DNA from: an uncultured Terracidiphilus sp.
GTDB taxonomy: Bacteria; Acidobacteriota; Terriglobia; Terriglobales; Acidobacteriaceae
Direction: 5' to 3'
Length of the DNA: 64,000 bases
Assembly (NCBI GenBank): GCA_964407295.1
Contig: CAYOVE010000001.1
Span: 6,450 to 70,449, forward strand
Shown here: positions 28,669 through 38,446 of the stretch, piece by piece
How the letters are laid out: each line of letters begins with the position of its first letter
Position numbering within the stretch: the stretch's first letter is position 1
Translations under genes and position numbers: made by a program
Notes under the pieces: model-generated
The model's database searches: none
What the model was told of the DNA's origin: nothing
Seen by the model: the letters and a program-made list of their open reading frames with translations, nothing else

Positions 28669-29366
28669 GATTTCTCTTTCTGGAGTAGAGCTTCCACAAT
28701 CTTAAAATCGAGACTGTCATCTATATCCTGGGAACGTTCCCGTGGCATAAGTACCGCGCCGAGCTTTCCCAGTAACAGCGACTTAGATTCATTTTCAAGC
28801 ATTGCCGCGCGGAAGACGTAGACCGCTCCGTTCAACTGATACGCTTTCGGCAATTTCTGGCGGGGAAGCCATGGAATCGCGCCCGGGATGAATACTTCCG
28901 GCACGCCTTCATTCAGCTTCCACGCGCGGTGCGGATTCAATTCCGCATCCTTGAACGTGGCGACAGAATCGTAACCGCCCTGCGTGACGAGCGTCAGGCA
29001 CTGGCGCACATCGTCCGCTGTGCGCAAGGGACAGGTCGCTTCAAGCAGAACGATCCACTCCGGTATTTCACCCTCCGCCTTGAGCGTTTCGATGAGATCC
29101 TTGAGGGCGTCGATGACGAGTGCCTCGTCAGTGGCCAGATGCTCAGGGCGCGGATAGACCTCGGCGCCATGGCGCCGCCCGACCGCGCCAATCTCGGTAT
29201 CGTCGGTGGATACGAGAATACGGTCGATCTCGCTCACCTGCTTGGCTACGTCAATCGACCAGGCAAGCAGGGGCTTTCCGCCAAGCGGCCGGACGTTTTT
29301 TCCGGGTATCGATTTGCTTCCGCCGCGCGCGGGAATAACGGCGATCACTCGCTTTCCGTTCAGCAT
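28665..29366 (-). CDS. neuA: CMP-nonulosonate (acylneuraminate) cytidylyltransferase
   Basis: IPARGGSKSIPGKN, VSTDD, TCPLR, NGAVY, DIDD. Confidence 0.9.
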   Translation of the reverse strand: MLNGKRVIAVIPARGGSKSIPGKNVRPLGGKPLLAWSIDVAKQVSEIDRILVSTDDTEIGAVGRRHGAEVYPRPEHLATDEALVIDALKDLIETLKAEGEIPEWIVLLEATCPLRTADDVRQCLTLVTQGGYDSVATFKDAELNPHRAWKLNEGVPEVFIPGAIPWLPRQKLPKAYQLNGAVYVFRAAMLENESKSLLLGKLGAVLMPRERSQDIDDSLDFKIVEALLQKEKS

Positions 29367-29388
29367 ACGTGGCCTGACGTAGAGTTAC

Positions 29389-30480
29389 TCATTCGCCGGA
29401 GTTCCGCGCGCCAAGCCGGTCAAGGCTGTCAAGGGCCTTGCGGTATTCGGTCCACTCCCCGGTGTCAACCCAGGCATTTTCGCCGATCGGAAAAACGCCG
29501 ATGCGGCCGCCAGCGCCCTTGACCAGCTCAATGAAGTCGGTCATATCGCACCGGCTTCCCTCTGGAATCAGATTGAGCCGGTCGCGGCGGACAACATACA
29601 TGCCGGTGTTCACCAGGAAGCTGTATTGCGGCTTCTCGGAAATTCGAGCCAGGCTGCCGCCTTTTTCGAGTTCGCATACCCCATAGGGAATGTTGTATTC
29701 CTTGAGCGACGCCACCAGTGTCAGGTCGTATTTGTTATCCGCATGAAAAGCCACTAACTCCGCGATATCCGCCTGGATCACGATGTCGCAGTTAGTGACG
29801 ATCAATTGGTCCGTGCTAGCCGAATAGAGTGCGCGGAGTCCGCCCGCGGTGCCGAGAGGCTGATTCTCCTCGATGTAAGCCACCGAGTAGGGAGGCGCGA
29901 GCTCTTCAAAGAACGATTTCAGGATTTTAGATTTGTAGTTGATGGAAAGATGAAACTCATCGATGCCGTAGCGCAGAAACTGGTCAATAATAATCTCGAT
30001 GACCGTACGGTCGCCAATGGGAATGAGGGGCTTGGGCAGGACATTGGTGAACGGCGCCATCCGTGTTCCTTTGCCTCCTGCCATGATCACGACCGGCAAA
30101 CTAAGGCGCGCCCTGGGCTTGATTGCCACCTGGCCTTGAAAAAGTTCCTTCCAGAAAACCAGCCGAACGATCTCGCGCGATGCATTTACGACGGGAACAC
30201 ATCCAAGATTGCCGCTGAGCATGTCGGCGCGGATCTGATCAATCGCGAAGCCCTCTTCGGCCACATAAGGATGGCAGTTACAGACGCGGAGCACTTCCGC
30301 CTTCAAATCTCCATCGGCCAGGATCCAGCGTCGAATATCGCCATCAGTCAGCGAGCCGATCAACCGGAAATCGCCGTCGACCACGAAGAGAATCTTTTCT
30401 TCGGTCTTTTCCAACTGCTCCATCGCCTGCCGGATGGTGTGCCTCTGAGGCACGAGAAATGGCTTCACATCTTCATTCAT
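29389..30480 (-). CDS. CBS-domain sugar-phosphate nucleotidyltransferase (PtmE/LgaF-like)
   Basis: N-terminal CBS pair (TDGDIRR), MAGGKGTR, PKPL, LGTAG, NCD, IPYGV, WVDTG; start 30480 or 30519. Confidence 0.9.
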   Translation of the reverse strand: MNEDVKPFLVPQRHTIRQAMEQLEKTEEKILFVVDGDFRLIGSLTDGDIRRWILADGDLKAEVLRVCNCHPYVAEEGFAIDQIRADMLSGNLGCVPVVNASREIVRLVFWKELFQGQVAIKPRARLSLPVVIMAGGKGTRMAPFTNVLPKPLIPIGDRTVIEIIIDQFLRYGIDEFHLSINYKSKILKSFFEELAPPYSVAYIEENQPLGTAGGLRALYSASTDQLIVTNCDIVIQADIAELVAFHADNKYDLTLVASLKEYNIPYGVCELEKGGSLARISEKPQYSFLVNTGMYVVRRDRLNLIPEGSRCDMTDFIELVKGAGGRIGVFPIGENAWVDTGEWTEYRKALDSLDRLGARNSGE

Positions 30481-30545
30481 GAATATCTTCTCAAGAGTTC
30501 CAGGGGTATCCCGATTCATCTGGTGCGGAATCTCCTGCGCCTGCG

Positions 30546-31736
30546 CTATTTGAAATCGTAGAAGCGTTTCTTTAAAAATTCGCCGCCGAAATCCGTGTCC
30601 CTCAAGACGTTCTTGATTCGCTCGCTGGCTCGTCCATCGTGAAAGCGATCGTAGGGATTGCGCATGCCGCGCAGTGAAGATCGAAAGCGTGCGGAAACTG
30701 CCCGCTTGATGCCTTTTAGAATCGCATCGCGCGTGCAAGGAACGTCGATAACATTCGCGGCCCGGACGCGGCCGCGCTGCCGATCACCAATATTGACCAC
30801 GGGCAACCGGAAGGAAGGCGCCTCAGTGAGTCCGCTTGAGGAGTTGCCCACCATCACCGCAGAGTGCTTGAGCGAACTGAGATAGCGCCGATGCCCGAGA
30901 TGCGGGAACCATTTGAACCGATGGGGCTCAGCTGCGCAAACCGACTGGAGGTACGCATTGATGGCCGCTCCCTCCGCATCTGCGTTGGCCATCGTAAAAA
31001 CCGCCTTAAGCCCGCTCGCCCGAATGGCAGCCACCAAACTGCCGGCCTGGGCACTGGCACTGCCCGCGGTGCGGGTTGCGGGATGAAAGGTGACAAGTGC
31101 GACAGGCTCCTTAAAGGAAAGCCCAATCTCCTTTTCAAGCTCCGTCCTGTTCATAAGGGCGGAATCGTGAATCTGGTCGAGCCCTGGCGCCCCAAAATTG
31201 AAAACCCGATCGGAGGATTCTCCCATTTGAAGAATTCGCCGCCTGTAAGCTTCCGTGGCGGCGAAGTGAAGCGAAGCCATCTTTGTGATGGCATGGCGAA
31301 TCGAGTCGTCAATTGCGCCCTCGCTAAGTTCGCCTCCGTGTATGTGCGCGATCGGAATCTGAAGCATCAATGCGGCGATTGCGGGCGCCAGAAGTTCGAA
31401 CCGGTCTCCGAGCAGGACAATAATTGCCGGCTGCAAATCATTCAAGGCATCGGCGAATGCCGCGATACCCAGTGCGACCGATTTCGCATTGGTCGCGCCG
31501 GAGCCACCGGTGAGCCGGAGATCGATCTTGCGATCGATCTTCACGCCTTCAGATTCAATCTCCCGCACCGTCAGCCCAAATTGTGGCGCCAGGTGCATTC
31601 CAGACACAATCACCTGGAGCCGAAGGTCCGCATCAGTTCGGATGCTGTTGAGAAGCCCGCGAAGCAGTCCGAATTCAGCCCGGCTTGTGGTTACAACACA
31701 GATCTTACGTCGGCTCACGTTAGTCAATCTTCGCAC
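30546..31736 (-). CDS. neuC: Hydrolysing NDP-N-acetylhexosamine 2-epimerase (NeuC/LegG)
   Basis: TTSRAEFG, GMHL, LGDRFE, HIHGGE, IRHAITK, GNSSSG, IGDRQ. Confidence 0.92.
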   Translation of the reverse strand: MRRLTNVSRRKICVVTTSRAEFGLLRGLLNSIRTDADLRLQVIVSGMHLAPQFGLTVREIESEGVKIDRKIDLRLTGGSGATNAKSVALGIAAFADALNDLQPAIIVLLGDRFELLAPAIAALMLQIPIAHIHGGELSEGAIDDSIRHAITKMASLHFAATEAYRRRILQMGESSDRVFNFGAPGLDQIHDSALMNRTELEKEIGLSFKEPVALVTFHPATRTAGSASAQAGSLVAAIRASGLKAVFTMANADAEGAAINAYLQSVCAAEPHRFKWFPHLGHRRYLSSLKHSAVMVGNSSSGLTEAPSFRLPVVNIGDRQRGRVRAANVIDVPCTRDAILKGIKRAVSARFRSSLRGMRNPYDRFHDGRASERIKNVLRDTDFGGEFLKKRFYDFK

Positions 31737-31799
31737 GCACCGGAGGGTTGAACATTCATCACCACCGGCGATGACAGTGGCACGGCGCGGGTTTTCCGC

Positions 31800-32810
31800 T
31801 CATGCCAGATGATCCCAGCCGATGATGTCGTCTTTCTCGATTCCGGATCGGAGAATACGCCCGACCAACTCCGGCAAGAGTTTCGGTGCCAAACCGTTCC
31901 CCGGCCGCTTAATGTCAAGATCCGCGCTCTCAAGCCGGTGACCGGCAGGTAATGAGCGGGCAGCTACGATACTTTTGCGAGCGATCGGCATATTCGGAAG
32001 TTCACATGGAGCCGGCGCCTTGACGCCAGATCCTAGCGCCGACTCTACATGCCGGATGGCGGCCACCATCTGTTTAAGCTCTGCCGGCTCAAGTGAAGCT
32101 GCGTGGTCCGGACCGGGCAGTGACCGGTCAAGCGTGAAGTGTTTTTCAATAACCACCGCTCCCATGGCCACCGCCGCTATCGCAATCTCGATGCCAGGAG
32201 TGTGATCCGAATACCCCACGGGCAGGTCAAAGGCCGACTTGAGAGTCTGCATGGCGCGAAGGTTGATCTCCGCATAAGGAGCGGGGTACTCTGTCACGCA
32301 ATGCAAAAGCGTCAACTCTGTCACTCCTGCATCGCGGATGGTACGAACCGCTTCTTCAACTTCTTCCAGCGTCGACATCCCGGTTGATAGAATCATGGGC
32401 CGGTTCTTCCGAGCTAGGTGCTCAAGAAACGGCAGGTTGGTGATCTCACCCGACGGCACTTTGTAAATGGGCATGTCCATTGCTGCAAGCAAGTCCGCGC
32501 TGCCCTGGTCGAACGGGCTCGATAGGAACTGGATTCCAACCTTCTGGCAATGCTCGATCAGGCGACGGTGAGCGTCAGCATCCAACTGCAGCCGTTCCAG
32601 CATGACGAATTGCGACTCGGCCTCCGTCGTGGTGCGCTCCTGATATTGTGCTTTCGGTGCGGATCGCACCGCGAGGCGGTCCGCGCGGAAGGTTTGAAAC
32701 TTGACCGCATCGGCGCCGCTCGCCTTGGCCGCGTCAATCAGTTTCAAGGCAAGTTCAAGCGAGCCATTATGATTAACACCTGCCTCGGCAATGATGAAGA
32801 CGTGGGACAT
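31800..32810 (-). CDS. neuB: Nonulosonic acid synthase (NeuB/LegI) with C-terminal AFP/SAF domain
   Basis: IIAEAGVNHNG, KFQTF, SGEITN, STGM, GYSDHT, IEKHFTLD, KRPG.G. Confidence 0.95.
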   Translation of the reverse strand: MSHVFIIAEAGVNHNGSLELALKLIDAAKASGADAVKFQTFRADRLAVRSAPKAQYQERTTTEAESQFVMLERLQLDADAHRRLIEHCQKVGIQFLSSPFDQGSADLLAAMDMPIYKVPSGEITNLPFLEHLARKNRPMILSTGMSTLEEVEEAVRTIRDAGVTELTLLHCVTEYPAPYAEINLRAMQTLKSAFDLPVGYSDHTPGIEIAIAAVAMGAVVIEKHFTLDRSLPGPDHAASLEPAELKQMVAAIRHVESALGSGVKAPAPCELPNMPIARKSIVAARSLPAGHRLESADLDIKRPGNGLAPKLLPELVGRILRSGIEKDDIIGWDHLA

Positions 32811-32816
32811 TGGAGT

Positions 32817-33455
32817 TTACCGAATCCGGCGCGCCGGACTACCCACATATACGCCGGATTCAGTCAGATCACGCACCACAGTGGCTCCGGCTCCGACGAT
32901 GCACTCCGGCGCAATCTTCAAACCTTCAATCACCGTAGCTCCCGCGCCGATCATTGAGAAGCGCCCCACCGTGACTCCTCCGCATACCGTAGCTCCCGTG
33001 GCTACATGAACCCAATCCTCGAGGACCGCGTCGTGCTCAACGGTACTGTTCGTATTCACGATTGCGCCTCTTCCCAGTGAAGCGCCGGCGTTGATCACTG
33101 CGCCGTCCATTACCACCGCGGCTTCTCCGCCAGAAACGCCTTCGTTCACAATTGCTCCCGGCGAGACAATCAAAGGAAACGACAGGCGAAGGGATTGGCA
33201 GCGCTTCCAAATCTCGCATCGGCGCTTCCCCAACCCAACCTGCCCCACGGCGAGCGCGGCACTCAGCCCGTTCCGCTCGAGCGCCAGTTTATCCAGCTCG
33301 TCGTCAGATCCGAGAAATGAAACTCCCAGGATGGAGCCGTTGCCCTTCAGATCCGTATAACCAAGAATGTGATGAGTCTTCAGCTTTCGAAGAATGCCAA
33401 TCACGACTTTTGCGTGGCCGCCACCGCCGATAACAACAATCGCATCCATGGTCAT
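32817..33455 (-). CDS. NeuD/PglD-type hexapeptide-repeat sugar acetyltransferase
   Basis: GGGGHAKV, EHD, hexapeptide repeats, GSPAR. Confidence 0.88.
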   Translation of the reverse strand: MTMDAIVVIGGGGHAKVVIGILRKLKTHHILGYTDLKGNGSILGVSFLGSDDELDKLALERNGLSAALAVGQVGLGKRRCEIWKRCQSLRLSFPLIVSPGAIVNEGVSGGEAAVVMDGAVINAGASLGRGAIVNTNSTVEHDAVLEDWVHVATGATVCGGVTVGRFSMIGAGATVIEGLKIAPECIVGAGATVVRDLTESGVYVGSPARRIR

Positions 33456-33481
33456 TTTATTTCGAAGTCTGCGCGAATCTC

Positions 33482-34852
33482 TCAGCCGTTCATGTGCCGT
33501 TTCAAAAGGGCCGGGAGCGTCCGGGCTTCGTCGCATCGATTCCGGGCCACCTGCCTGATGCGGGCGCGCAGTGATTCGCCATCGCTAAGGTACTTTTTCG
33601 CGGTCGCAACAATCCGGTCAACGTCAGAGTCTCCCGGAAAAGCATTGAACTCTAGTGGAACTTCGTATTCGAGCACGCGGGACAGGCTGCTCATTTTGTG
33701 CGCATGCGACGCGAGAAAAATGCAAGGCGTGCCCCCAAGTGAAGCAAAAATCGAAGGATGATACCGTCCAGCGATGAACAGCCGGGCATGCGCCAAAACC
33801 GCGCCGCACTCGAGAATCGGCGTGTCAACCGGAACGATGCCGATCCCCTTTTCGAGGGCCACCTGCCGTAAGAATCTGTCTGGCGAATCATTCTCGGTCA
33901 GGTAAACGCGATATCCGAGCTGACGAATCCCGTCCACTAGCCGCCCATAGCATTCGATGGACCTGTCAGGCTCGCTGCTCGCCAGGGCTCCTCCACCTAT
34001 ACATATGTAAGGTTCCGAAAAATCAAGCTTGCCCCAAAAGTCTTCGTTTTCGGGATAAGGCAGTATGAAATCTCCATTCAGCGGCGGACGGGAGCTTTCA
34101 TTGTCGTAATACGAGTACCACGCAAAAAGCGAATCGGGAATTAGACTCGACCGAGCCTCCGGCATTTCCTTCCGAACGTATTCGAGCGACTCAGGGTCGC
34201 GCAAAGTTATAGCCGTGCACCGCGTAAATAGCCGCCTTGCCGCTGCGAGCGTTTTTTCATTCCGTCCGGTCAGCGGACAATCTGAAATCATCGAATTCAC
34301 GAGGAAAACAGGCTTGTTGAGGCGGAGGCCTAGTTCAATCATCGCCAGCAGAAAGAGTGTGGTGCGGCGCGGCGGAGTTGAGAAAATGATATCGCCATCG
34401 CCGTCGAGCACCATGCAATCGGCCGACGCCGCCTGGTCGTAAATTCGGTCGAGCTCCGGATGCTGATTCCTGTGAGCGATCAGGTTATCGATGCTTTGCG
34501 CTGGATCTTCGGCAATAAAATCCTGGGCGCCGAATTGCCGCTCCAATTTCATGTACCAGGAAAATGGCCGCCGCGACTGCCTCGCCAATAAGTATCGAAA
34601 ATGCCTGTAGTATCTTGGCGGAAACAGCGTGCCTACGTAGCCGGCCTCCGCTATAGAAAGGTCGAAAAGATCCCCTTTCACGCGCCCAACAATGTCGAAT
34701 GAGGCCGATAGAAGTTGCCCAAGAGCGATGCTCGCGCCGCGGCCCCAATTCAAGCCGGTGCGATTATCGGCTACCAAAAACACCTTCATTCTGGCCGGCA
34801 TTCCCCTTGCTTGCGTAATCGGCGTTGCCAAATTCTCAGTGATGTCTGGCAT
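33482..34852 (-). CDS. Polysaccharide pyruvyl transferase family protein
   Basis: NWG near the N-terminus, TLRDPES, PD, GRYH..IFA..GTP, HK; start uncertain. Confidence 0.75.
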   Translation of the reverse strand: MPDITENLATPITQARGMPARMKVFLVADNRTGLNWGRGASIALGQLLSASFDIVGRVKGDLFDLSIAEAGYVGTLFPPRYYRHFRYLLARQSRRPFSWYMKLERQFGAQDFIAEDPAQSIDNLIAHRNQHPELDRIYDQAASADCMVLDGDGDIIFSTPPRRTTLFLLAMIELGLRLNKPVFLVNSMISDCPLTGRNEKTLAAARRLFTRCTAITLRDPESLEYVRKEMPEARSSLIPDSLFAWYSYYDNESSRPPLNGDFILPYPENEDFWGKLDFSEPYICIGGGALASSEPDRSIECYGRLVDGIRQLGYRVYLTENDSPDRFLRQVALEKGIGIVPVDTPILECGAVLAHARLFIAGRYHPSIFASLGGTPCIFLASHAHKMSSLSRVLEYEVPLEFNAFPGDSDVDRIVATAKKYLSDGESLRARIRQVARNRCDEARTLPALLKRHMNG

Positions 34853-34858
34853 CAACAA

Positions 34859-36190
34859 TCAATTCGAACGACGGCTTAATGCCACGGCCGCGGTAGTGCC
34901 GTCTGGTAAACGCCATTCGTAGGGGACGACCACGGGCGTCGAGCGGAGCGCCCACGCCGCATACTCCCCTCTATAACCGTATTCACCCAAATCTCCCACC
35001 ACACTGAAACGCGCCACCTCCTGATAGGGCACGATGATTTCCTTTACGCTCGCCGCCTGAATTCTCATGTTCACGGTGTAGCTTTGCGGCAGCAGAGGAA
35101 GTGACTTGAACGTGCATGTTACGGTTCCCGCGCCTTCAAGGTACTCGGGCCTGTGTCCGTCGAGCAGCATGTTGGAAGTGAAACAGGAGCCGCCGACTCC
35201 GAGCACGCCGAGGGCGAAAATCGGCCTTTCGACGCGCTTCTCGGCGTCATACGATATCTCTACGATCAGATCGTCGCCGGGATGAAACTGGCCGCATTCT
35301 TCACCGCTCATGTTCTTCAATGTAACTTTTTGAATTGTCAGTCCGTATTCCGCGTTTGTGGTCGAAAATGCGACTGCATCGGAGATGCTGTTGAAATACC
35401 CCTCGATAATTTCCTCGGTCTTACCGTCCTGATGGAGGCGCCCGTCCTTGAGCCAGACCGCTCTCTGGCATAAGCTTCTCACCGCTTCCACATTGTGGCT
35501 GACAAAGATAACTGTCCTGCCGCTCTGAGCAAAGCTGCCCATCTTTCCCAGGCATTTCTTCTGGAAGGCGGCGTCGCCGACTGCAAGCACCTCATCCACG
35601 ATGAGAATCTCCGGCTCAAGGTGCGCGGCAACCGCAAAGGCCAGCCGCACATACATGCCTGAGGAGTAACGCTTTACCGGAGTGTCGAGAAATTCGGAGA
35701 TCTCCGAGAACTCGACGATCTCGTCAAATTTGCTTACGATCTCGTCGCGGGTCATTCCAAGGATGGCGCCGTTCAGAAAAATGTTTTCCCGTCCGGTAAG
35801 CTCCTGATGAAAGCCGGTGCCAACTTCGAGAAGGCTTGCACATCGCCCATCGATGCGGATCCGTCCCTCGGTCGGAACAGTGATGCGGCTCAGAAGCTTT
35901 AGAAGAGTGCTCTTCCCAGCGCCGTTGCGGCCGATGATCCCGATTACATCGCCCTTTTGAATTTGAAAGGAAATATTTCTCAGCGCCCAGAAGTCCTCGG
36001 TCTTTGGATGTTTCCGTTGCGACGATTTGAGCCACGCTAACGGGGAGCGAATCGCGTTTTCAATCTTGTGCCGCAGTCCGTCGTCGCTCGCCCGCAGATG
36101 ACCAATGCTATATCGTTTTCCGATGTTTTCAATCGCGATTGCGCAGTCTGGCATAAGGATGTTTTCAGCGAGCGGTTCGATCTCGTTCAA
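34859..36190 (-). CDS. wzt: Polysaccharide ABC exporter ATP-binding subunit with C-terminal Wzt_C domain
   Basis: GRNGAGKST Walker A, LTGREN, YSSGM signature, IVDEVLAVGD Walker B, VSH; long C-terminal extension. Confidence 0.93.
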   Translation of the reverse strand: MNEIEPLAENILMPDCAIAIENIGKRYSIGHLRASDDGLRHKIENAIRSPLAWLKSSQRKHPKTEDFWALRNISFQIQKGDVIGIIGRNGAGKSTLLKLLSRITVPTEGRIRIDGRCASLLEVGTGFHQELTGRENIFLNGAILGMTRDEIVSKFDEIVEFSEISEFLDTPVKRYSSGMYVRLAFAVAAHLEPEILIVDEVLAVGDAAFQKKCLGKMGSFAQSGRTVIFVSHNVEAVRSLCQRAVWLKDGRLHQDGKTEEIIEGYFNSISDAVAFSTTNAEYGLTIQKVTLKNMSGEECGQFHPGDDLIVEISYDAEKRVERPIFALGVLGVGGSCFTSNMLLDGHRPEYLEGAGTVTCTFKSLPLLPQSYTVNMRIQAASVKEIIVPYQEVARFSVVGDLGEYGYRGEYAAWALRSTPVVVPYEWRLPDGTTAAVALSRRSN

Positions 36191-37005
36191 ATCACGTCCG
36201 CAAAGGTTTGCTCGGTCTTTCTGAAGTACCAGATGCCCGATGCGACCATCACAACAACATCAACTACTGTTAGTACAAAGCCGGGCCAATAAACGCTGTC
36301 CCGGCTGCCCAGCAGACACCACCGAAAGCCGTCAATAATCCCGACCATCGGATTGACGGAATAGAGAAGGCGAAACCGCGCGGGAACAACGCTGCTCTGA
36401 AAGCCTACCGGCGATATGTACAGCCCAAACTGAACTACAAACGGCACAATAAAACGGAAATCGCGATACTTGACCATGAGTGCGGCGACCCACAAACCGA
36501 CTCCGAGAGACGCCCCCAGCATGAGCAGGACAAAGAACACCAGGAAGATAACGGTTGCCGGTGGGACGTACCGGTACCAGAACATCAGGACTACGAGAAA
36601 GCCCGCGGAGATCAGAAAATCCACAAAGCTCGAAATGATGCTGCTCACCGGAACGACGATGCGCGGAAAGTAGACCTTCGAAATCAGGTTGGAGTTGGAT
36701 ACGAGGCTATTGCCGCATTCAGCCAGCGCCGCGGAAAAAAACTGCCAGGGCAACATGCCGCAAAGAACCAAAAGAGGGTACGGCGCTCCGCCTGACGGCA
36801 TCTTGCCCAGCTTTCCGAAGACCACCGTCAGCACCAGCATGGTCAGGATGGGCCGGATCAGCGACCAAGCCACTCCAACCAGGGTCTGCTTGTAGCGCAC
36901 CAGCATATCGCGCCAGGCGAGAAAATAGAACAACTCCCGGTAGCGCCAGATGTCGCGCCAATATTGCCGCTCGGTTCGACCCGCCTCGATCAGTAACTCG
37001 CTCAC
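36187..37005 (-). CDS. wzm: Polysaccharide ABC-2 permease
   Basis: RYKQT..G..W...P, LISKVYFPR, YRD, NPM, FADVI. Confidence 0.93.
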   Translation of the reverse strand: MSELLIEAGRTERQYWRDIWRYRELFYFLAWRDMLVRYKQTLVGVAWSLIRPILTMLVLTVVFGKLGKMPSGGAPYPLLVLCGMLPWQFFSAALAECGNSLVSNSNLISKVYFPRIVVPVSSIISSFVDFLISAGFLVVLMFWYRYVPPATVIFLVFFVLLMLGASLGVGLWVAALMVKYRDFRFIVPFVVQFGLYISPVGFQSSVVPARFRLLYSVNPMVGIIDGFRWCLLGSRDSVYWPGFVLTVVDVVVMVASGIWYFRKTEQTFADVI

Positions 37006-37180
37006 AGCACTTCGCTCATTCCGGCTCTTTCACGTCTCTTGCGGGCCTTTCTTTGTGGGCTTGCACCAGGCCCCTCGCTAAACTGCCGGCCTTCAACATT
37101 GCGGGAGTCTCGTTCCGCGCCTCTGGATGGAATGCGCAATCAAGCTCGGATTGCCGTTATCCGAGTCGCCTGCCAAACTG

Positions 37181-38245
37181 TCAGACCTGCTTCAGAAGTT
37201 GCGGGGCATCGCCATACACGAATCTGCGTTCCGCGGCCAGCGCCTGGTCGTACATTACCTCGGGCTCGTAGACCACCACTTCGCTTCCTTTGGTTGAGAA
37301 AGCGAAGGGAACGCACAGCAGCTTCTTGAGCCGGAGCCTGAGGGCCTCACGTTTTTCCGGCGGCACATAAAACAACATGAATCCACCGCCTCCCGCGCCC
37401 AGAAGTTTGCCGCCGAGAGCTCCGGCGCTAAGTCCGGCTTCATAGATCTCATCGATATTTGAGTTCGATATCTTCTGAGTGAGTGTTCTCTTTATTTGCC
37501 AGCTCTCATTCATCAAGCGGCCAAAGTCATCGAGCGGCCGATTGGTGTTCACCAGAATGTCTTCCGCTTCACCCACCAGTTGGAACATCGCGTCGAGTTC
37601 CTTCTTCTTGTGCGGCGTTACTTTAAGCTGCTCCTGCGCGATCTCCGATGCGATTCGAGAAAATCCCGTGAAGTAGAGCGCCAGGTTCTGTTGAAGTTCC
37701 GTAATCCGCGTTCTGGAAGTCAGAACGCGCTTTACGTCGATTGAACCGTCGACGTTGAAGCTGATGCGGTTGAGGCCCCCATACGCGGCGCTGACCTGGT
37801 CCTGCGCGCCAACCGCTTCCTTGAGAAGGTCTTGCTCGACTTGTATAGCTTCGGCCGCAATCGTGTGCTTGTCGCGCATCTGGTTCCTGAGAGCGTAGAG
37901 GCCGAGCAGCAATCCCACGGTAAATGCGGAACTAGTACCTAAACCCGTTCTTGCAGGCAGATCCGCAATGTGATGTATCTCGATTCCCTCGTTGATTCCG
38001 AGAAACTCCAAACAGGCGCGGACCGAGGGGTGTTGAATATCGTGGTTACTGCTGACATTTTCAACTTTTGTGTAGGAAATACGGCTATGGTACTCAAAGA
38101 ACGGCGGCAGCCAGCGGCAGGAGATATAGCAGTATTTGTCGATCGTAGTTGAAAGGACAGATCCTCCGTGCTCGCGGTACCACACGGGATAATCTGTTCC
38201 GCCGCCAAAGAAGGAGATGCGAAGGGGGGTGCTGGTTGTGATCAT
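37181..38245 (-). CDS. GHMP-family sugar kinase (HddA-like)
   Basis: PLRISFFGGGTD, P.RTGLGTSS, G.QDQ, GGKLLGAGGGG. Confidence 0.88.
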   Translation of the reverse strand: MITTSTPLRISFFGGGTDYPVWYREHGGSVLSTTIDKYCYISCRWLPPFFEYHSRISYTKVENVSSNHDIQHPSVRACLEFLGINEGIEIHHIADLPARTGLGTSSAFTVGLLLGLYALRNQMRDKHTIAAEAIQVEQDLLKEAVGAQDQVSAAYGGLNRISFNVDGSIDVKRVLTSRTRITELQQNLALYFTGFSRIASEIAQEQLKVTPHKKKELDAMFQLVGEAEDILVNTNRPLDDFGRLMNESWQIKRTLTQKISNSNIDEIYEAGLSAGALGGKLLGAGGGGFMLFYVPPEKREALRLRLKKLLCVPFAFSTKGSEVVVYEPEVMYDQALAAERRFVYGDAPQLLKQV

Positions 38246-38446
38246 TTGCCTATCTCTTCACGCTATCCGCTGTTCTGGAATTGTGATTTCTATGAAACGT
38301 TGGTTGGTCGCCGAACGATTCGAAGACCGATATGTTTCGTTTTCCGAGAGGTTAGCCGTCCCGGTCACGGACAGTGGCCAGCAGGATCGTGTTAGCCTGC
38401 CGCGCCCTCTCGCTAAATCGCAGAACGACAATCGATGGGTGAGCTT

